Under the pieces are notes generated by a model. It did not search any database, was not told where the DNA came from, and saw only the letters and a list, made by a program, of their open reading frames with translations. Position numbers and translations under genes: made by a program. Of a stretch of DNA of 64,000 bases, positions 37,762 through 47,969 are shown in pieces. Location: the sequence record PQ471515.1. One strand, written 5' to 3'. The stretch's first letter is position 1. Each line of letters starts with the position of its first letter.

Positions 37762-40458
37762 ATGTCAAAGAAAATATATGGTGGCTTAGACGTCACTCAT
37801 AATGTGACAGTTAAAGGGAAAAGAACAGTACAGGGCATCAATGATCAAGTATTTGATGCTAATGGTAATATGGAAATTGATACATATTCCAAAGAAGAAT
37901 TACTTGATGTAATTAGTTTACTTCCAATCTCGCATTATGGTACACATAACTATCTACCTGCTGGGGTATCTGGTGATTTTAATGGTGCATCAGAAAACCA
38001 ATCCCAACGTAGAAACAAAATACTTTTAGAAAACGATGGCACATTAGTACTATTACGTAGTGGTACAAACGGTAGTGTTGAAGGTTTATTTTATTCTTAC
38101 CTAGCGAACGCATTATCCGTTACCGATATGAGCCGTACTGTTAATACAAGCCGTCAGTATAAGCCTGGCTATTTTGGGGCAAACCGTGTTGCTATTGGTT
38201 TATACAATACCGATTCAAAAATACTGTTAGGTCGTTACAATGACACATCTACCAATACTAATGGGTTGTTTATATCAGTAACGAATGGTACATTGGATGA
38301 TACACAACATAGTGGTCTTTTTGTGAACCAAGCTGATATTTCACCTGAAGGTGGGATTGAGTATGCTATGATGGCAGAAGACGGTTCAGTTTATGTATTC
38401 AACGTCCTTAATGAAAATAACAAACTACAGATTGTTGTTGTTCGTGTTGTATTGAATATTGCAAACGGTACTTATACTGCTACCCGAATCACGGGATGGA
38501 CAACAAAAACTTTTTACAATACTACATATACTGCTCAGAATAATATAATCATTACTGACCATGTTAACTCAACTAATATTGCTGATAAGCCCTATGTCTA
38601 TGTACCACAAAATTTGGCTGGTATGGGGATTTATATGACATCTATCGATTTATATGTTGCTCAGGAGCCAGGAACGCAGAACTTCCGATTCAGAATGAAT
38701 GGTGACGCATGGTTCACTATGGCAAACTACAATACCCGACCACAGCATAGTTATAGTTTCAATTTTAACATGAGTACTAAACAATGTAACTTGGATAATG
38801 GGAACGATATTGGTACATTTGCTGCACCATTTGTTGTTACAAACACAGGTTCGGCATTGGTTGCTACTGGTAATGTTCTCAACAACGATCCGTTATATGA
38901 TCATAGCGGTGCAAGAAACATTTACAGTTCATATTATTATCTGAATACAGGTGAAGTATTCTGTACTGCATGTCCAAACTTAGCAGAACCATTACTTATG
39001 CAGAAAGCTAAATTTACTGCACAATCAATATATAGCATGATTAATGTACGTGCGAACATTTCAACTGATTTCAGAAATGGCATAGTTCGTCCTTCATTTG
39101 GTTCAGCAGTTGGTTCTTTTATTAACGGCGTAGAATTGCTTCCAGGGAACAGTACTAAACAGTATTCTCGTTCATCTGGTTCTGGTGCATTCCGTCCATC
39201 TTATGCAGTTCATAAAAGTACTCCTAACTTTACGTTTAATTCTTTATCACGTGGAACCATACAAGGTTATGAGCCAACAACAGAACGTGCTAATGTGACA
39301 GATAACACGAACAACAGAGTTTTTATTAGTTCCATTAGTGGTAATAATGTTACTACTAATGGTGGGATATTCATGGTAGGTCAAAGATATTCCCAATCAC
39401 TATCATATGATAAAAATATGAACGGAACTGGTATCATTAGTGTTACTCAATCTGTACTTGATAATTTCAGAAATGCTGAATACGCCAAAGTACTAAGCGA
39501 CTGGAACTTATCTTCTGCTGCTTATAAAGATATGACATTGTTTGTTCCACAACAAACTGATATACCTGCATTCGTAATGCTAAGTACAGTTACAAATACA
39601 TATCAGAACTATATTAGAATTGCTGAAGTGAATGTGAATACACGTTCAGGTAATATCACTACAATTACCTTCAAGCGTTTAGTACTAGAAAACGTTTACG
39701 GAAGTAACTTTACACCAAATGGTAATGGTAGTTTTGCTTCGTCTTCTGTTGGTTTAACAATATATGATGGTGGTTCTTTCTACTTCATAGGTGGTTCTGA
39801 CCCATTATCTCACCCAACTATTGGTAATACAAACACACACCAATTCAGAGCATATGTAACAAAAGCAACTGCACAATTTGATAGTTTTATTATCAGTGGT
39901 TCACATGCAAGTTATGAGCAAGGTATTCAACCAGCAGCTTTACCTGGTATTGGTTTTGGTTATTTCCAAGCAATAGACTATGTAAACAAAATGACTTTCC
40001 AAAAATGCGGTACTACAATTGCTGATTATAATAACTGGACTGCTCAAGGTGCACCGATTAACGTAGTTTCACAAGACGTTGCTCAAGGTTTTATTGTGTA
40101 CTTCACAGAAGAAACTCCAGTAATTCTTTCTGGTAAAGCATTTACATTACCGATTACTAGTATAAACTTAACTACAGTTAAGGCTAATCCAGCAAACACA
40201 TTATTTCATGTATATGTTAAAATGGAACAAGGTAATGCAAAATATGTAATAACAACTGATGTTATTTCAGAAACTGGTACTACAGCATATAATATTTTCT
40301 GGATAGGTACTATACAAACAAACTCACTACAAATATCAAATGTTAACATACAAAAACGTTCAAGATTGGATATTTTCGGTGCGTCTCTTGAAGCTGCTGG
40401 TTCTTCATTCCCAGTTAGTTATGGCCTACCGTCACAAACAGGAACAATCAATTGGTAA
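37762..40458 (+). CDS. Large virion structural / tail-fibre-like protein (paralog 1)
   Basis: 898 aa, T/S/N/G-rich and beta-rich; N- and C-terminal modules shared with the two downstream ORFs. Confidence 0.65.
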   Translation: MSKKIYGGLDVTHNVTVKGKRTVQGINDQVFDANGNMEIDTYSKEELLDVISLLPISHYGTHNYLPAGVSGDFNGASENQSQRRNKILLENDGTLVLLRSGTNGSVEGLFYSYLANALSVTDMSRTVNTSRQYKPGYFGANRVAIGLYNTDSKILLGRYNDTSTNTNGLFISVTNGTLDDTQHSGLFVNQADISPEGGIEYAMMAEDGSVYVFNVLNENNKLQIVVVRVVLNIANGTYTATRITGWTTKTFYNTTYTAQNNIIITDHVNSTNIADKPYVYVPQNLAGMGIYMTSIDLYVAQEPGTQNFRFRMNGDAWFTMANYNTRPQHSYSFNFNMSTKQCNLDNGNDIGTFAAPFVVTNTGSALVATGNVLNNDPLYDHSGARNIYSSYYYLNTGEVFCTACPNLAEPLLMQKAKFTAQSIYSMINVRANISTDFRNGIVRPSFGSAVGSFINGVELLPGNSTKQYSRSSGSGAFRPSYAVHKSTPNFTFNSLSRGTIQGYEPTTERANVTDNTNNRVFISSISGNNVTTNGGIFMVGQRYSQSLSYDKNMNGTGIISVTQSVLDNFRNAEYAKVLSDWNLSSAAYKDMTLFVPQQTDIPAFVMLSTVTNTYQNYIRIAEVNVNTRSGNITTITFKRLVLENVYGSNFTPNGNGSFASSSVGLTIYDGGSFYFIGGSDPLSHPTIGNTNTHQFRAYVTKATAQFDSFIISGSHASYEQGIQPAALPGIGFGYFQAIDYVNKMTFQKCGTTIADYNNWTAQGAPINVVSQDVAQGFIVYFTEETPVILSGKAFTLPITSINLTTVKANPANTLFHVYVKMEQGNAKYVITTDVISETGTTAYNIFWIGTIQTNSLQISNVNIQKRSRLDIFGASLEAAGSSFPVSYGLPSQTGTINW

Positions 40459-40470
40459 AGGATTAATCTT

Positions 40471-41058
40471 ATGGCATATATTATAAGATCCGATATCGAA
40501 GCTATGTCACAAATCGTAGTCCAGAATAAAAACACTGGACTATCTATTAGTGATATTAATGACGTATCGTATCGAACAGACGCAAATGGGGAATGTACAT
40601 TCCCCCTCTTAACAAAAGATGAAGTTGATTCTATTGTTAACGGTTTACCATTATCACAATATGGTGAACTTTATGATGTATCTAGTTTGTCAATTACATC
40701 AAGCGGTTATTCATTACGTTTTAACCGAGAGATACCTGCATTCATCGGTGGCTATCTTTATAATTACCCTGTTGTTGCAGTGACAGCACCAACAGTGGCA
40801 TCAGGCACACAAACACAATATGTATACGCTACTTTAGTACTGGGTGAGCCAATTTATAGAATCTCAACTTCACAATTACAAGAATCACAGATTATAATGT
40901 TCATCGGGACTATTACCGTTGGAACTTCTGGTATTACTGCTATCAACATTGAACGCGTATCACGATTCAATACATACAGACCAAGTACAACACAAAAAGG
41001 TTCATCTTTCCCAGTCAGTACTGGAAATCCAACACAAACTGGTACATTAGGCTGGTAA
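40471..41058 (+). CDS. Short paralog of the tail-fibre-like proteins (terminal modules only)
   Basis: LPLSQYG N-module and GSSFPVSTGNPTQTGTLGW C-module. Confidence 0.65.
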   Translation: MAYIIRSDIEAMSQIVVQNKNTGLSISDINDVSYRTDANGECTFPLLTKDEVDSIVNGLPLSQYGELYDVSSLSITSSGYSLRFNREIPAFIGGYLYNYPVVAVTAPTVASGTQTQYVYATLVLGEPIYRISTSQLQESQIIMFIGTITVGTSGITAINIERVSRFNTYRPSTTQKGSSFPVSTGNPTQTGTLGW

Positions 41059-41074
41059 TTAAAGGAAAAAGAAT

Positions 41075-43804
41075 ATGTCATCCAAACGCATCATTGGTAG
41101 TGCTGCTATACTTGGAAATTTGGCAATTGGTGGAAAGTACGCTATGCGTACTTTTAATGGTACAGCACCAGACGCAAATACAGGTATTGTTGACTATCCA
41201 ATTTATAAAAGATCAGAAGTTCAAAAAATACTTGATATGTTACCAATCTCCCGTATAGGGGAGATGGATTATCTACCATTAAACGTTAATGGTTCATACG
41301 AAGGGGCAACGTCGCTTTCAGATGTATACCGTATGCAGCCAACAATAGTCGAAGATGATGGTACTGGTGTGGTATTACGTGCTGGTACAAATGGTAGTAC
41401 TGAAGGATATTACTATGCATTCATTCGTGATTTGCGTAATATTGATGCACTAACACAAAGTAGTGTTATCAGTACTACATCAAAATATCATCCGAGAATT
41501 CTTCCAAGTACTGAAAATGTTAAACAGTTCATCGGAACGAATGGTTATGAATTGCTAGTTAGCCTATCTAGTGCAAGTAATTATATTTTCACTTTAACAA
41601 ATGGTACATTTAACGAAGTTGCACATATTCACGCTTCTATCGCTGCTACAGCATTTGGTACAGATAAACCATTATATGCACATATCGTCAATGATAAAGT
41701 ATTTGTGTGGTGCAAAGACACTACTATAGCAAACTATGGTTTGGCTTTAACATTATATACTGTTAATACAAGTAGTATTAAAGATGGTACTATGAGTACT
41801 TTTGCTAAGGTTACTGGTTTTTCTGGTCAAACCTTAAGAAGTGTTAACTACACAAGTGCTAATAATTTGAAAATTTATGAAAGATTATATTCAGTTGGAA
41901 CTAGTAGTGATTCATTATTTGAATGCACTTCACCAGTTACACGAGTTGAATATTCAGATTATACAGATTATAATATACAAGCAAACGTAAGTCCCGATTT
42001 ATCAAAGATTAGAATTACATTATTCCCAACTAACCGTTTAGTATCAAATCTATATATTAGTACTGTTTATGCTAGTGGTTTTAGTTTTGTTTACACGATC
42101 AACTCTAAATCATTATCAATTGATGGAAGTAGTAGAGCACCAATAGCAGCGGAATATAATGATGTTGATGGATTCACATTAACAAACCCATTTGCCATTG
42201 AGATGAATAACTTCATGGGTACACAGTTAGGTGTTCCGCAATTAGGCAACGTTGGTTCTATATGCCAAACCTATGACGGTTTGGTATTCAGTACTCGTGC
42301 TCGTTGGAGTTCTTCTGAAACCTATGGTATTCAGGTTTATAACGTAACAGGAACACCATATGATAGTTGGGTTGCCAGTACTCGCAAAGCGAACAATTCT
42401 AAATTTGTAAACGTTGCCCCAACATATGGTAGTGCAGTAGGTGAAAACCTTTTAGGAACACGTTTTATTGATAAACGTAAAGTACTGTTAGCATGTTCTG
42501 GAACATATGAAGATGAGTCATATGGTTATAACAATACAGTATTTTCTGAAATTGGTACTGATCCAACCTTCCAGTTCAATTCAGTACAAAACAATACAAC
42601 ACTTAATGGTTTTGCACCACAAGCCAACCGAACTCGCCTCGGCGACAACTACAAATATACAGGTATGATTTCATTAATTGATACTGACGGTTCAGTTAAA
42701 TGTTATGGGACATCATTCATTGAAGGTGTATACAAAACAAGTGGTGGTTTGTTTAACCCAGATACTTTAGAATTTGATGGTTCTTATACAATTGGTGATA
42801 ATGTTCTGGAAACATTAAAACAAGAAATACTTGCTAATATTGGAATAGTAGGAGCATTTACTGGTAAAATTGCTTTATATTATGTACCAGATAGTTCTTT
42901 CTCAAAATCTATTGCGGTGGTTTCTGCATATAACTTAGGCAATAACCAAGGTTATGCAATATATTCTGAAGTTGATGTTACAATTTCAGGAACCAATATT
43001 AGTTCTGCGACTATGGTGAGTTCTAGATACGAAACACTTAATTCTGTAACAGGTATTGTAACTGAAGCCTATATGAAACGCTGTACTGGTCTAACTGTTG
43101 CAAAGTATTCTGGCTTTGGTTATATTGGGGTTGATGCAGTTCATCAGTTTTCACAACCAGGTAATGCTCAATTCAAATTGATGATTGCTAAAACAGTGAA
43201 TGGTTTGATTACATCTAACCGTTTTATGTCATCCAGCTACATAGATAATGGCAATGCATTCCAGCACGGAGTTATACCAGGTGTTGGATTTGGATACTAT
43301 CATCTACAAGATTCAGATTATCAAACCAAAGCAGTGTTTAGTCTCTTCGGGACAACATCAGCACAGATGGATGGGTTGATTGATGGTTCAGGAACTGTAC
43401 AAGATAAAATCGTAGTAGTTTCACAAGATGTTGCTGAAGGTTTCACTGTGTACTTCACCCGTGAAGTTCCGGTATTCCTTGGTGGTATGTTTGATAGATT
43501 AGCGATTCAAACCATAGAATTAAGTACTATTAAAACTAACCCAGCTAACAGTACTTTTTATCTTTACATTCAAATGAACCGTAACACAAGAAAAGCGGCA
43601 TACGTTATCAGTACAACTCTTCTTGATGAGACATTGACAAACGTATACGTTGGTGATATTGTTACTGGAAGTACGAGTATCACGTCAATTGATACGGAAA
43701 AGGTAACACGATTCTTGACATACAGACCTAGTACAACCAAGCGTGGTTCTGCTATCCCTGCAAGTACTGGTGTTCCTTCAAGCTCTGGTACACGTTGGCA
43801 TTAA
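41075..43804 (+). CDS. Large virion structural / tail-fibre-like protein (paralog 3)
   Basis: 909 aa; LPISRIG, LRAGTNGSTEGYYY, VSQDVAEGF and GSAIPASTGVP shared with paralog 1. Confidence 0.65.
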   Translation: MSSKRIIGSAAILGNLAIGGKYAMRTFNGTAPDANTGIVDYPIYKRSEVQKILDMLPISRIGEMDYLPLNVNGSYEGATSLSDVYRMQPTIVEDDGTGVVLRAGTNGSTEGYYYAFIRDLRNIDALTQSSVISTTSKYHPRILPSTENVKQFIGTNGYELLVSLSSASNYIFTLTNGTFNEVAHIHASIAATAFGTDKPLYAHIVNDKVFVWCKDTTIANYGLALTLYTVNTSSIKDGTMSTFAKVTGFSGQTLRSVNYTSANNLKIYERLYSVGTSSDSLFECTSPVTRVEYSDYTDYNIQANVSPDLSKIRITLFPTNRLVSNLYISTVYASGFSFVYTINSKSLSIDGSSRAPIAAEYNDVDGFTLTNPFAIEMNNFMGTQLGVPQLGNVGSICQTYDGLVFSTRARWSSSETYGIQVYNVTGTPYDSWVASTRKANNSKFVNVAPTYGSAVGENLLGTRFIDKRKVLLACSGTYEDESYGYNNTVFSEIGTDPTFQFNSVQNNTTLNGFAPQANRTRLGDNYKYTGMISLIDTDGSVKCYGTSFIEGVYKTSGGLFNPDTLEFDGSYTIGDNVLETLKQEILANIGIVGAFTGKIALYYVPDSSFSKSIAVVSAYNLGNNQGYAIYSEVDVTISGTNISSATMVSSRYETLNSVTGIVTEAYMKRCTGLTVAKYSGFGYIGVDAVHQFSQPGNAQFKLMIAKTVNGLITSNRFMSSSYIDNGNAFQHGVIPGVGFGYYHLQDSDYQTKAVFSLFGTTSAQMDGLIDGSGTVQDKIVVVSQDVAEGFTVYFTREVPVFLGGMFDRLAIQTIELSTIKTNPANSTFYLYIQMNRNTRKAAYVISTTLLDETLTNVYVGDIVTGSTSITSIDTEKVTRFLTYRPSTTKRGSAIPASTGVPSSSGTRWH

Positions 43805-43811
43805 AAATTTT

Positions 43812-43851
43812 AAGCTCGTCTATTGACGGGCTTTTCTTTTATGTGTATAAT
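43812..43851 (+). terminator. Terminator overlapping a TTGACG-N17-TATAAT promoter
   Basis: AAGCTCGTC/GACGGGCTT plus T tract; TTGACG 43823-28 and TATAAT 43846-51. Confidence 0.7.
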
Positions 43852-43874
43852 GCTAGAAAATACAGGAGGAAATT

Positions 43875-44441
43875 ATGGTCAAATCTTTACTACCACCACC
43901 AAAGCGTCACAAAATCCAAGAAATGAAAGACCAACGTACATTAAAGATGTACAACAATTTAGTTAAGTTACTGTGTAAAAGTCCATCGCTCAAAGCAGAG
44001 TTTAAAACTGATGATGACCGCAAAGCACTAATTGAGATGAAGTATATGCTCAGTAAAATGTCCTTTTACAAATTTGTCAAAGAATACGCATCTGACCCAT
44101 TTAGTCCTCGTTGGAGAGCCAAACCAAGAGAGTATTTTTTCGGTGGTTCATATACTGATATCATTCAAGATACTGTGATAGGCGTAGAGTTCGAGATTGA
44201 TTATGAGCCGAATGGTGTGGAAAACTTGCTGATTGAGAAACGTTTACCAAGTGAAGAAGAAATTTATGTTTATGCAAGAAAACTTTCAACTTACAGTTCA
44301 AGAATTACTCTAGGCAAGTTAGATTCATTTATTATTTTCTATATACGTGTTGGCGTAGATAAAATGGTAACTAAACTCAATGAACTTTCATTACAACAAA
44401 AACAGATTAATGCATACAAAGACATTACTGATTTATACTAA
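43875..44441 (+). CDS. Hypothetical protein (tandem paralog trio 1)
   Basis: DRKALIEMKYMLSK. Confidence 0.75.
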   Translation: MVKSLLPPPKRHKIQEMKDQRTLKMYNNLVKLLCKSPSLKAEFKTDDDRKALIEMKYMLSKMSFYKFVKEYASDPFSPRWRAKPREYFFGGSYTDIIQDTVIGVEFEIDYEPNGVENLLIEKRLPSEEEIYVYARKLSTYSSRITLGKLDSFIIFYIRVGVDKMVTKLNELSLQQKQINAYKDITDLY

Positions 44442-44447
44442 TGAGGA

Positions 44448-44969
44448 ATGAATATGTTTTTTGGCCCAGTTGGAAAACAAAACAGTACTTTAATTTGGCA
44501 TGAAATTATCTTTAAAATTATATCAAAAAGTTTCACACTTAAAGATATCATCAATACAGATCAAGATCGTCGTGTTCTGTTAGAAGCAAAATATAAATTG
44601 AGCAAACACCCTTTGCTACCATTAATCATTGATTACGTTAATGATTATGAATCCAGTCGTTGGAAGTTTGAAGAAGGCGGTTTATTTCGTGGAAAAACAT
44701 TCTACGGTGCGGAACGATATGTATTCAGTGATGCAACAAATGGCGTTAAGTTTGCTATTAGAAACTTTAACTCCAAAGAAAATGATTATCTTGAAAGTGG
44801 AGTGAAAGTATATATCGATAACAATAGCAATGTTCTAACATATGACGAATCACTAATTATGTTACAAATAATGCGTGGCGTTGAAGGTGTAAGACACAAT
44901 CTTACTAATTTGAAAATTCAGCAAAATGATATACATAATAGACAGAAAATTAAGGGTTTATATAAATGA
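44448..44969 (+). CDS. Hypothetical protein (tandem paralog trio 2)
   Basis: DRRVLLEAKYKLSK. Confidence 0.75.
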   Translation: MNMFFGPVGKQNSTLIWHEIIFKIISKSFTLKDIINTDQDRRVLLEAKYKLSKHPLLPLIIDYVNDYESSRWKFEEGGLFRGKTFYGAERYVFSDATNGVKFAIRNFNSKENDYLESGVKVYIDNNSNVLTYDESLIMLQIMRGVEGVRHNLTNLKIQQNDIHNRQKIKGLYK

Positions 44970-45475
44970 TTTCATTTTTCAAAAAGAAAGAAAAAGTTGA
45001 TGAAACTGGATTAGAATCGTTTCTATGGACTCTTATCATCAAAAAAAGTCCATTGATAAAAGAATATGCCATCAATGATACTAATAGAAAAACTATCATT
45101 GAATACAAATACGAATTATCAAAATGTGATCCGATTGTTTACCACTTCGTAAAGTACTGTTCTGAAAATTTATCGGATATCACTATTGAACACGAGTCAG
45201 TACCAATGAGTTTTCCTTATGGAGATTGGGTATATACTTATGATATTTTTGATGGGTCTAACGGATTCAGTTTTTATTTCACATCAAATAAAGCATATGT
45301 TCGAATCAAAACAGATATAGGTTGGGTATTGCATAGCTCAAATAAAGAAGATTATAATTTATTAGCTGATGTATACAGAAGTGTTAAGAACTCAAAGGAT
45401 ATTGATGAAAGAATTAAAAAGCAAAATCGCATTTCTTTATCATTAGAAACATACAAGTCAAAGTACGGTGGTTAA
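44966..45475 (+). CDS. Hypothetical protein (tandem paralog trio 3)
   Basis: NRKTIIEYKYELSK. Confidence 0.75.
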   Translation: MISFFKKKEKVDETGLESFLWTLIIKKSPLIKEYAINDTNRKTIIEYKYELSKCDPIVYHFVKYCSENLSDITIEHESVPMSFPYGDWVYTYDIFDGSNGFSFYFTSNKAYVRIKTDIGWVLHSSNKEDYNLLADVYRSVKNSKDIDERIKKQNRISLSLETYKSKYGG

Positions 45476-45477
45476 TT

Positions 45478-45879
45478 ATGACTACAATCGATGATATCTA
45501 CAGTACTATACGCAATATGAGTACAGATAGAAAAGTCTTTGGCGACAAAGAAAAGTCCAAATGTTATGGTATCGATTCTTTTGATATTATTTCATACGAA
45601 TATAATAACAACGGGACAAGTTCACTAAACATTGTGTGTCCACGAGATCCAGAAAATAATTTCATGTACGTTGAAATTAACAATGATGGTATGTTCTTTA
45701 CTAAAGTATATAAAGGTGGGAAAGAATACGAACCAATCGAAGTAATGAATGAAGAGAAATTCTTCCAAGAAGATACCATCATCAATCTTGGATTTAGTTA
45801 CAATGACTATCAAGTACTGGATCATGATTTTAAACGATACTATAATGGTTTTCTAAAGGAGTTAACGATTTACTTATGA
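45478..45879 (+). CDS. Hypothetical protein with the EE-x-FFQ C-terminal motif
   Basis: VMNEEKFFQEDTIINLG. Confidence 0.7.
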   Translation: MTTIDDIYSTIRNMSTDRKVFGDKEKSKCYGIDSFDIISYEYNNNGTSSLNIVCPRDPENNFMYVEINNDGMFFTKVYKGGKEYEPIEVMNEEKFFQEDTIINLGFSYNDYQVLDHDFKRYYNGFLKELTIYL

Positions 45880-47114
45880 AAAACAATTTTCTAGAACAAA
45901 CTATTGTGAAACACTTAGCTGGTTCACAGGCGTATGGCACAAGCACACCAGAAAGTGATACAGATTATCGTGGTATCTTCCTTGCAAACAAAGAATATAT
46001 CCTAACTCCTTTTTTTAATGTTAAGGAAGTTTCAGATACTTCTGAAGAAGATACTAAATTTTATGAAATCAATCAGTACTTAAGTCTGTATACTGAAGCT
46101 AACCCAAACATTCTTGAATCACTATGGGTTAAACCGGAACACATCGTAGAAAGTACTGAAATCTATGACTATCTACGCTCATTCAATCAGCAATTATTGA
46201 GTTCAAAGATTGCACACTCATACAGTGGATATGCATACAATCAGGTTAAGCGTATGTCTAATCACCACGGCTGGCTCGATAAGGAACGAATTGCTGAACG
46301 TAAACTAAATGAAATTTTAGAAGAACATCCAGTTGACGAAGTACTTTCATGGATGTATGATACATTCCCGCAGTATTTGGTTGACCGTTTGAATAAATCC
46401 AATCTTCACCCATTCAATGCTACAAAAATTGATTTTGAAAAATACATGCGTGATACTTCATTACAATTAGTTTCAACACAAGCATTGAAACAATATCATT
46501 TTGTACGTTTAGTACATAATTATAGTACTGATAAAGTATTAGATCGTGATTTCAATTTATTGAATTACATTTCTGGCTATGAACTAATCCATTACGGTGA
46601 AAACATCTTTGGGGTAATTATCAACCCGAATGAAAGTACAGTGAATGATGATGGTTCACTACGTTATTTCAACAAAGAACGTACTTCGGAAGAATTGAAA
46701 GTTCGTCCTGAACTCATTGTAAAATTCAATGAAAAAGAATACAAAGAAAATAGTGAGAACCGTAAGAGTTATCACAAATGGAAGCAGAATCGTAATGCCA
46801 AACGTGCTATTCTTGAATCACACCACGGTTATGACTGCAAACACGCAATGCATACAGTCAGGCTACTGAATACAGCACAGGAAGCACTTGAAACTGGTAT
46901 CATCCAAGTTCATCGCCCTGATGCTGCTATGTTGATGGACATTCGTAACGGGAAGTGGTTGTATCAAGAAGTTATGGATTATTTCAACGAAAAGGTTGAC
47001 TACATCCGAAATGTGGCGTATCATAAGACCCATCTACCGAAGAAACCAAACATAAAGTTGGCTGCGAAGGTACTATTAGATATCCGTGAAATGCAATGGT
47101 ACAGTAAAAAATAA
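45876..47114 (+). CDS. DNA polymerase-beta-superfamily nucleotidyltransferase (RlaP/YcgL-like)
   Basis: GSQAYGTSTPESDTDYRG, ANPNILESLW and KHAMHTVRLL. Confidence 0.85.
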   Translation: MKNNFLEQTIVKHLAGSQAYGTSTPESDTDYRGIFLANKEYILTPFFNVKEVSDTSEEDTKFYEINQYLSLYTEANPNILESLWVKPEHIVESTEIYDYLRSFNQQLLSSKIAHSYSGYAYNQVKRMSNHHGWLDKERIAERKLNEILEEHPVDEVLSWMYDTFPQYLVDRLNKSNLHPFNATKIDFEKYMRDTSLQLVSTQALKQYHFVRLVHNYSTDKVLDRDFNLLNYISGYELIHYGENIFGVIINPNESTVNDDGSLRYFNKERTSEELKVRPELIVKFNEKEYKENSENRKSYHKWKQNRNAKRAILESHHGYDCKHAMHTVRLLNTAQEALETGIIQVHRPDAAMLMDIRNGKWLYQEVMDYFNEKVDYIRNVAYHKTHLPKKPNIKLAAKVLLDIREMQWYSKK

Positions 47115-47124
47115 GAGGATTGTT

Positions 47125-47541
47125 ATGCTAAACGAACAAATCAAAGACGCACTACGTGTACTGAATCGCGAAGTTAACCGCATCCATAAAAGTACTGATC
47201 GTTATAAACTAATGCATGAACTTAGACTTTCGTTGGAAGCTATCAATAATGGCGAATGGTATCTTGAACCAGAATATCGCACACGTGAACTAACTGATGT
47301 TGAAAAAGCAATTGTCAAATTCATTACAAGTCGCGACAAAAATGCATCCGAAAAAGATGTATCAATGAACTTCCATCTTACTAAATGTGAAGTCGTTGAA
47401 AAATTTAAATTCGATTGGCTTGACTGGATTGAAATGATCATGGAACTTGAAGAAGAATTCAAAGTTGAAGTTGATTTAGAATACGAGAATGAAAACACTA
47501 AACTGTATAAACTCGTAGATCATATTCAAAAAATGTTGTAA
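47125..47541 (+). CDS. Protein with a C-terminal acyl-carrier-protein-like domain lacking the acceptor Ser
   Basis: FDWLDWIEMIMELEEEFKVEV compared with ACP [22 protein letters not shown]. Confidence 0.7.
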   Translation: MLNEQIKDALRVLNREVNRIHKSTDRYKLMHELRLSLEAINNGEWYLEPEYRTRELTDVEKAIVKFITSRDKNASEKDVSMNFHLTKCEVVEKFKFDWLDWIEMIMELEEEFKVEVDLEYENENTKLYKLVDHIQKML

Positions 47542-47594
47542 ACATATAATATAGTACACTCTAAATAATATTACCAACTATAGGAGATGTTATT

Positions 47595-47969
47595 ATGAGT
47601 GTACTAGAAATTATTGTTTCAAAAGTTTTAATACCATATTGGAAACCAATTTTGGTAGTAGGAGTAATGGCAGGTTGTGTTTACGGTGGATGGTCAGCAA
47701 ATACTTATTATACTGGTTATAAAGAAAGTATTGACCAAAAAATAGAAAAGAAAGTTGATTCTGCACTCGCTAAGATGCAGCAAGAAAATGCAAAAAACTA
47801 TATAGAAACCAAAAAGATAATGCAAGATAATGCTAAAGTTATCGAGACACAAGTGCCTATTATAGTAGAAAGAGAAGTTTACAAAAACGTATGTCTAGAT
47901 GAAGATGGCGTTAAACTTCTGAATGAACTTAAACAGAATTCCCTTGCAGCGAGGAATAAATTCAAATGA
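47595..47969 (+). CDS. Inner-membrane spanin (Rz-like)
   Basis: N-terminal TM plus coiled coil; overlaps a downstream lipoprotein gene. Confidence 0.7.
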   Translation: MSVLEIIVSKVLIPYWKPILVVGVMAGCVYGGWSANTYYTGYKESIDQKIEKKVDSALAKMQQENAKNYIETKKIMQDNAKVIETQVPIIVEREVYKNVCLDEDGVKLLNELKQNSLAARNKFK

